A DNA stretch of 13,612 bases from Synechococcus sp. (GTDB lineage: Bacteria > Cyanobacteriota > Cyanobacteriia > Thermostichales > PCC-7336). Below, piece after piece: positions 9,100-13,612 of the stretch (the first letter of the stretch is position 1; each line of letters opens with the position of its first letter). The position numbers were made by a program, and so were the translations under genes. The notes beneath the pieces were generated by a model, which searched no databases, was not told where the DNA came from, and was given only the letters and a program-made list of their open reading frames with translations. The stretch lies in NCBI GenBank assembly GCA_051439605.1, contig JBFRWN010000134.1, positions 1-13,612 of the forward strand, written 5' to 3'.

Positions 9100-9282
9100 G
9101 GCATTGGAGATAGAGCAAGACCTCTATATTAGTGTTTCGCGTTTCTGGGGTACAGCACAAAACTACCAGTCGCCAATTTGGTAGCTGTTGAAACAAATCG
9201 TGATTGAAGCCAACCTCCCAAAAGCACAGGGAATTGTCATTGTTTGAACATTCTTAATCCTGTCATCATCTTGAGAGAAACT

Positions 9283-9291
9283 TGGTATATT
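9283..9291 (+). promoter_or_regulatory. Candidate extended -10 promoter (TGgTATATT) for the 45-aa ORF
   Basis: TG-n-TATATT at 9283-9291, 38 nt upstream of ATG 9330, in AT-rich sequence and divergent from miaB. Confidence 0.45.
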
Positions 9292-9329
9292 GATTCATAT
9301 AACAAATCTTATTCAGCAGGTAACGCAGT

Positions 9330-9467
9330 ATGGGTTTGATTGGCCGCATTCTTGACAAGCTCCGCGAGTGGTTAGACAACATCGCGGAAGCTTTGGGCGG
9401 CTCTCCCCAACCCCAACATCAGCCCATTCCCGTACCCGTACGCGATCGCGTTCCCCATCGTCGCTAA
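9330..9467 (+). CDS. Small protein, 45 aa: amphipathic helix + Pro-rich PIPVPV tail
   Basis: MGLIGRILDKLREWLDNIAEALGGSPQPQHQPIPVPVRDRVPHRR*. CAGG lies upstream, GC content is coding-like relative to the AT-rich 5' flank, and it contains a HIP1 site. Resembles small cyanobacterial proteins ending in P(I/V)PVPV-basic. Below the ORF-track cutoff. Confidence 0.8.
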   Translation: MGLIGRILDKLREWLDNIAEALGGSPQPQHQPIPVPVRDRVPHRR

Positions 9468-9671
9468 CTCTGCAGAGCCAAGCGCGTAACGTTCAACGAA
9501 TACGACCTTAAGGCACCCATCCGATCTGGATGTCTTCGTTACTTGGGCTATCTCGATTCACTAGCAATATATCAAGGGTCAGGTTGCCGATCTCAGTCCC
9601 GATCTGCATTTTACTGTCTAGGCCTAGTCGTCCTCCTTATTTATGGCCGCAGTCATACTACCCTGAACAAC

Positions 9672-9775
9672 CGACGAACTGTCGAAAATGAAGTTTACTG
9701 ACTTCAACGTCAACAAGTCAGAGGTAAACTTTGGACTTTCTGCAGCTTCTTCCATCCCTAAAGCTCGGAGTCCAA
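9672..9775. ncRNA. Candidate structured RNA element (tandem hairpins)
   Basis: CGAC/GTCG mini-stem (9672-9684). AAGTTTAC-TGACTT (9691-9704) pairs with AAGTCA-gag-GTAAACTT (9715-9731). TTGGACT (9731-9737) pairs with AGTCCAA (9769-9775), with an inner AGCT/AGCT. No family recognised. Confidence 0.35.
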
Positions 9776-9841
9776 GCCATCAGCAGAGTCGATTCAAGAT
9801 ACCAATCAACCACACGCTTGGGGGACTGAGTCATCTGAAGT

Positions 9842-9916
9842 ATTGATAAGAAATTCTGATGTTTGCGATTTGAGAACTATGATGATCTCAAGATTAATAG
9901 GTTTGATTCTCATTAA
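9842..9916 (+). promoter_or_regulatory. AT-rich promoter with clustered Fur-box-like half-sites
   Basis: ATTGATAAG (9842-9850), TTGAGA-N10-TCTCAA (9870-9891) enclosing a TATGAT -10 candidate (9878-9883), and ATTCTCATT (9906-9914). These resemble halves of the cyanobacterial Fur consensus TTGAGAATnATTCTCAA and sit upstream of IsiC-like genes. Confidence 0.55.
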
Positions 9917-10057
9917 GAGACTTTAACCGCATCCAGATATCACCTTTTCTTGATTTGCCCATTCTATGAATGAAGGGCTATGGCTCAGCTGCTCCTTAGC
10001 TGAATTAGATTGGCTACAAAATACTACTCGCCGCCGGAACACCATTGTTGACCTCCC

Positions 10058-10831
10058 ATGGCACAATACCCCCAACAACACGACCGGTTCGTTCCTCAAG
10101 CAGTATGGTTGAGCGTTAGTCCCAGCCTGTTTCGGCTGGATCGCCTCTTGCTGACCCACCTAAATCAGTCATTGGTAACCCCTGCTTGGTGCTACGAACA
10201 GGGGCCAGACGAAGGGAGCTCTTTTGCCCAAGCAGTGATGCTATTAGATAACTATCTGGGTTCCTTGTCACAGCCCGTCCACCTAATCGGTCACGGAATG
10301 TCTGGGGTCTTGGGGTTGATTTACGCCCGCATTCGTCCCGAACGCCTGCGCTCTCTTTCGTTGTTGTCTGTCGGAGCGTTGCCCTCAATCGATTGGCAGG
10401 CCCAGTACTTCACCCGCCTCCAGCTACTCCCCTGCGGTAGAGGGTATGTGCTGGCCCAAATGGTCAGAGAGTTGTTTGGTCCTCAACAACGGTCGGCAAC
10501 TAGATTTCTAGAGGAAATTCTGAGGCAAGACCTCGAACGGTCGCTTTCCCCCCATTCCCTATGGAAGGTCGACTCCATCGCCCCCGGTGGCGTCGATGTC
10601 CCCCTATTTGTAGCTGGGGGGCGCGACGATACGATTGTTCCCAGCCGGGCGATGAAAGGTTGGCTCCGTTGGTTCAAGCCCGGCGATCGGATGTGGGAAT
10701 GTCCTCAGGGCCGCTATTTTTTTCATCGTTTTTTCCCTCATTTACTGGAGGATGAACTCCTGAGATTTTGGGAGGAGATCGACACTAGTGTTGGTCCGAA
10801 TGCAACAAGCACCTCCGTTCCGAGTATCTAA
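10058..10831 (+). CDS. Alpha/beta hydrolase-fold protein, IsiC (iron-stress)-like
   Basis: 257 aa. VWLSVSPSL..DR.LL, YEQGPDE, PVHLIGHGMSG..GL.YAR..PE...SLSLLSVG, DWQAQY...QLLPC.R, DL..S.SPHSL, PGGV.VPLFV.G..DD, GRYFFH. The pattern matches the cyanobacterial family of Synechocystis IsiC as recalled. Confidence 0.85.
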   Translation: MAQYPQQHDRFVPQAVWLSVSPSLFRLDRLLLTHLNQSLVTPAWCYEQGPDEGSSFAQAVMLLDNYLGSLSQPVHLIGHGMSGVLGLIYARIRPERLRSLSLLSVGALPSIDWQAQYFTRLQLLPCGRGYVLAQMVRELFGPQQRSATRFLEEILRQDLERSLSPHSLWKVDSIAPGGVDVPLFVAGGRDDTIVPSRAMKGWLRWFKPGDRMWECPQGRYFFHRFFPHLLEDELLRFWEEIDTSVGPNATSTSVPSI

Positions 10832-10876
10832 TGTGCGTCTCCGAAATCAGTTTTGCTCTAAATCAGTCTTTCTAAG

Positions 10877-11113
10877 ATGGCAATTCCCCCTCTGATTGGC
10901 CTTGCAGTGACCACCGCAATTTTGGCGTGGTGGATACGGGGCCTATTGAAGTCACTCATGTCTGTTGCTCGTCACGTACAGCGGCTGCATCAAATCCCCT
11001 GCGATCGCTGCATCTATTGCACCCGAGAGTGGCATCTCAAATGCACGGTCCATCCCCTAACTGCCTTTTCGGAACAGGCGATCGGCTGTCGCGATTACGA
11101 ACCCACCCCCTAA
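10877..11113 (+). CDS. Small membrane-anchored Cys-rich protein (IsiE/Ssl0461-like)
   Basis: 78 aa. N-terminal TM helix, then LHQIPCDRCIYC..WHLKCTVHP..A.SEQAIGCRDY with 5 Cys. 45 nt downstream of the IsiC-like gene on the same strand. Confidence 0.82.
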   Translation: MAIPPLIGLAVTTAILAWWIRGLLKSLMSVARHVQRLHQIPCDRCIYCTREWHLKCTVHPLTAFSEQAIGCRDYEPTP

Positions 11114-11131
11114 TCTGTCTAATGAGAATCT

Positions 11132-11818
11132 CTACGGGGCTTTGGCCACATAGGGAATCGGGTCCTGGCGACCCAAACGGGCAAACGCAGCCCGACGGAG
11201 CAAGCAAGAATCGCACTCTCCACAAGCAGCTTCTCCACCGGCATAGCAACTCCAGGTCAACTGCCAGGGAACTCCCAGGCGATCTCCCAACTGAACGATC
11301 TCTGTTTTTTGCAGGTGGAGCAGAGGGGTGTGAATGGTAATAGGTCGTCCCTCCCGCCCCCGCTTGGTACCGAGATCGAAGACGGATTGAACTGCATCAA
11401 TATAGTCGGGACGGCAGTCTGGATAGCCGGAATAGTCCAGTGCGTTCATGCCAGCATAGACTCGGTCAGCCCCAATTGCCTCTGCATAGCTGAGGGCAAA
11501 ACTGAAAAAGATCGTGTTGCGGGCAGGGACGTAGGTGACTGGAATATCAGTAGACATTTCCTCTCGCGATCGCCCTACAGGAACGTCAATATCGTCCGTC
11601 AGAGCCGACCCCCCCCATTGGCGCAAATCGAACGCAATCACTCGGTGGCTGACCCCGAGTTTTTGGGTGATGGCTTTGGCTGCCGATAATTCCCGCTGAT
11701 GTCGCTGACCGTAGTCAAATGACAAGGCATGGGTTTCGAATCCATCGGCGCAGGCCTGATACAGGACGGTGGTGGAATCTAAGCCACCGGAAAATAAAAC
11801 AATTGCTTTGGCTGCCAT
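11132..11818 (-). CDS. queC: 7-cyano-7-deazaguanine synthase
   Basis: [57 protein letters not shown]. Confidence 0.98.
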   Translation of the reverse strand: MAAKAIVLFSGGLDSTTVLYQACADGFETHALSFDYGQRHQRELSAAKAITQKLGVSHRVIAFDLRQWGGSALTDDIDVPVGRSREEMSTDIPVTYVPARNTIFFSFALSYAEAIGADRVYAGMNALDYSGYPDCRPDYIDAVQSVFDLGTKRGREGRPITIHTPLLHLQKTEIVQLGDRLGVPWQLTWSCYAGGEAACGECDSCLLRRAAFARLGRQDPIPYVAKAP

Positions 11819-11904
11819 ATTGTCTGTATGGAATCGAGTGATGGACTGTGCAGCCTAATTATGACTAGTTCTCGGGAGACTTTGGCCTCTGGATATCGTG
11901 CGTG

Positions 11905-12369
11905 CTAGCGGGATTTTGAGGGGGATGGGCTAGTGAAAGATCCAATCAACAGGCAAACCACACCAATGTTGATGGCAACATCTGCCAAATTAAAAATCGG
12001 GAAATCAAAAAACGCAATATCCAAAAAATCAACCACGGCCCCGCTCAAAAAGCGATCGATACCATTGCCCACTGCCCCCGCCAAAATACAGCCATAGCCC
12101 AACTGCTCCCATCGACGCATTGGCCCTCCAAGCAGGGACAAGGAAACCAACGCCAAAGACACCGCCAACGAAACCCATTTTAGGAAACCGCCAGAATTGG
12201 CAAATAAACTCCAAGCAGCCCCCGTATTTTCGATGTAGGTGAATCGGAATAAACCTGGAATTCCCGGCAAACTCTGGCCCAGGAACATGGTCTGGGCCAC
12301 CCAAACCTTTGTAAACCGATCGAGCAGGATTCCCACTAACGCTGCGATCCAAAATCCTCCGTTCTTCAT
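11905..12369 (-). CDS. lspA: Lipoprotein signal peptidase (signal peptidase II)
   Basis: DRFTK, NTGAAWS, GAVGNGIDR, VVDFL, FPIFNLADVAI. Start set at MKNGGFW (12369); the 33-aa extension in the ORF track looks non-coding. Confidence 0.96.
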   Translation of the reverse strand: MKNGGFWIAALVGILLDRFTKVWVAQTMFLGQSLPGIPGLFRFTYIENTGAAWSLFANSGGFLKWVSLAVSLALVSLSLLGGPMRRWEQLGYGCILAGAVGNGIDRFLSGAVVDFLDIAFFDFPIFNLADVAINIGVVCLLIGSFTSPSPSKSR

Positions 12370-12498
12370 GTCCTGCCCGTTCGAACTGACTTCGTAGATT
12401 TGCAAGCACCTGCACATGGAAGATCGATCCGGAGACCGCAGAGATAGCCCATGGTTCAGACCCTCCATTCATTGTGCAACCCCGAGGGACCATTCCCA

Positions 12499-12534
12499 GA
12501 AAAAACACCCGCTTTCGTGAGGAAAACGGGTGTT
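12499..12534 (-). terminator. Rho-independent terminator of pstS
   Basis: Minus strand AACACCCG-ttttcctcacgaaag-CGGGTGTT followed by TTTT, ~75 nt after the pstS stop. Confidence 0.8.
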
Positions 12535-12609
12535 GAGCAGTCCTACAGAGTGCTTGGTTTGCTTGAGTACTCTGGGCGTAAAACTACGCTAAAGGATGTC
12601 AGCTCAGCT

Positions 12610-13596
12610 TTAGAACAATTCGCCAATGGGGGTACCAGGGGCCACGTCTTGGAAGTTACTGCCAGTGCCACGAGACTCCCAATGCTCGGTGATAGCTGCG
12701 TATGCAGACTCAGGAAGGCCGATGTAGCCAACCTTGGCAGACAGATCTGCAGCATTTTCGATATAGAAGTCAACAAATGCAGCTACCTGAGGCTTTTCAG
12801 CAGCAGAGGCAACATTCACGTAGATGAACAGAGGACGCGCCAGAGGAACGTAGGTACCGTTCTCAACGGTCTCGGTGGAGGGGACAACGCAACCGTCACC
12901 ACCATCAACACCGAGGACATTCAAAATTTCTCTGTTTTCTTCGTAGAACGCCAGACCGAAGAAGCCTAAACCACCAGGACTACCGGAAACACCACTGACG
13001 ATTACGTTGTCGTCTTCGCTAGGGAAAAAGTCAGCACGGATGTCGTCTTCATCCAGAATGGCTTCGTTGAAATAGTCAAAAGTACCGGAATCAACGCCAG
13101 GAGCATACAGGTCGAATTCCACGTCAGGGAAGTCAGCCCCTTCTACATCAGCCCAGCTGGTCACTTCCCCTTCAGCGTCAGCATTCCAGATATAGTTAAG
13201 CTGTTCAGTGGTTAAGCACTGAGCAAAGTCGTTGTCTTTGGAGGTTACAACCGCCAAACCATCGAAGGCAACCGGAATTTCTACAAATTCAATGCCGTTC
13301 TCGGCGCAGACATCGATTTCTGTTTGTTTAATGGGGCGAGAAGCGTTGGAGATATCGGTTTCACCGACGCAGAACTTTTTGAAACCACCACCGCTACCGC
13401 TGGTCCCGACAGAAACATTAACGTCGGGCTGCACTGCTTTGTAGGTTTCAGATGCCGCGATAGTCACTGGGCCAACGGTACTGGAACCATCCGCTAAAAC
13501 ATCGCCGCTCAGGTCTTGGGCAGCGACTGAAGTCACGGTTAAAGAGACTGCGGAAGCTAGCAAGCCAGCCGCGATCGCCAAAGTACGATTCGTCAT
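12610..13596 (-). CDS. pstS: Phosphate ABC transporter substrate-binding protein (PstS/SphX type)
   Basis: [75 protein letters not shown]-terminal signal peptide; AGAGG upstream of the ATG. Confidence 0.93.
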   Translation of the reverse strand: MTNRTLAIAAGLLASAVSLTVTSVAAQDLSGDVLADGSSTVGPVTIAASETYKAVQPDVNVSVGTSGSGGGFKKFCVGETDISNASRPIKQTEIDVCAENGIEFVEIPVAFDGLAVVTSKDNDFAQCLTTEQLNYIWNADAEGEVTSWADVEGADFPDVEFDLYAPGVDSGTFDYFNEAILDEDDIRADFFPSEDDNVIVSGVSGSPGGLGFFGLAFYEENREILNVLGVDGGDGCVVPSTETVENGTYVPLARPLFIYVNVASAAEKPQVAAFVDFYIENAADLSAKVGYIGLPESAYAAITEHWESRGTGSNFQDVAPGTPIGELF

Positions 13597-13612
13597 GAGT
13601 CTTCTTCCTCTA

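Larger units (their letters stand above)
278..13578. repeat. Dispersed HIP1 octamers (GCGATCGC)
   Basis: Exact copies at 278, 4818, 5203, 8035, 9442, 11001, 11566 and 13571, against well under one expected by chance in 13.6 kb. Many additional CGATCG cores. Confidence 0.9.

Noticed and set aside
9470..9660. Known cyanobacterial RNAs (IsaR1, Yfr1, Yfr2, glutamine riboswitch)
   Set aside because: Their hallmark motifs were not recognised. Only a small CATCC-N5-GGATG stem (9518-9532) is visible.
9688..9846. 52-codon plus-strand ORF MKFTDFNVNK...HLKY
   Set aside because: No SD and no recognisable motif; it coincides with the hairpins and ends in the AT-rich promoter. Not strictly excluded.
11132..11818. 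queC as part of a defence or DNA-modification system (QatABCD, Dpd, CBASS type IV)
   Set aside because: Canonical length and motifs, housekeeping neighbours, and no dpd, qat or nuclease genes nearby.
11819..11904. preQ1 riboswitch upstream of queC
   Set aside because: No preQ1-I stem-loop with an A-rich tail is visible in the 86-nt spacer; queC is plausibly co-transcribed with lspA.
12451..12969. 172-aa plus-strand ORF, and similar overlapping ORFs such as 1594-1956, 10927-11340, 11309-11689 and 12029-12508
   Set aside because: Antisense or out-of-frame shadows of well-supported genes, with no recognisable motifs. The 12451 ORF also runs through the pstS terminator.

Overview
Cyanobacterial chromosomal segment, indicated by 8 exact HIP1 GCGATCGC octamers and cyanobacteria-type gene families. 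Left to right: the 3' end of an IS1-type transposase, a DUF1400 alpha/beta hydrolase, a heavily deleted ISKra4-type transposase remnant, an orphan ATP-grasp gene, purD, a small membrane protein, a VOC/glyoxalase + YafY-type HTH-WYL pair, miaB, a ~950-bp region the ORF track leaves unexplained, an IsiC-like hydrolase + Cys-rich small protein pair, queC, lspA and a stand-alone pstS. Three signals are not explained by the gene list. (i) A perfect CTGACA-N6-TGTCAG palindrome lies 11 nt from a TATACT -10 box upstream of the VOC-WYL pair, a PafBC-like activator promoter geometry. (ii) The miaB-hydrolase interval holds a missed 45-aa Pro-rich ORF, back-to-back hairpins (candidate structured RNA) and clustered Fur-like half-sites. 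(iii) The IsiC-like/Cys-rich pair sits without isiA/isiB, and its hydrolase lacks the canonical nucleophile Ser. All family assignments come from motif recognition by eye; no database search or folding computation was run.
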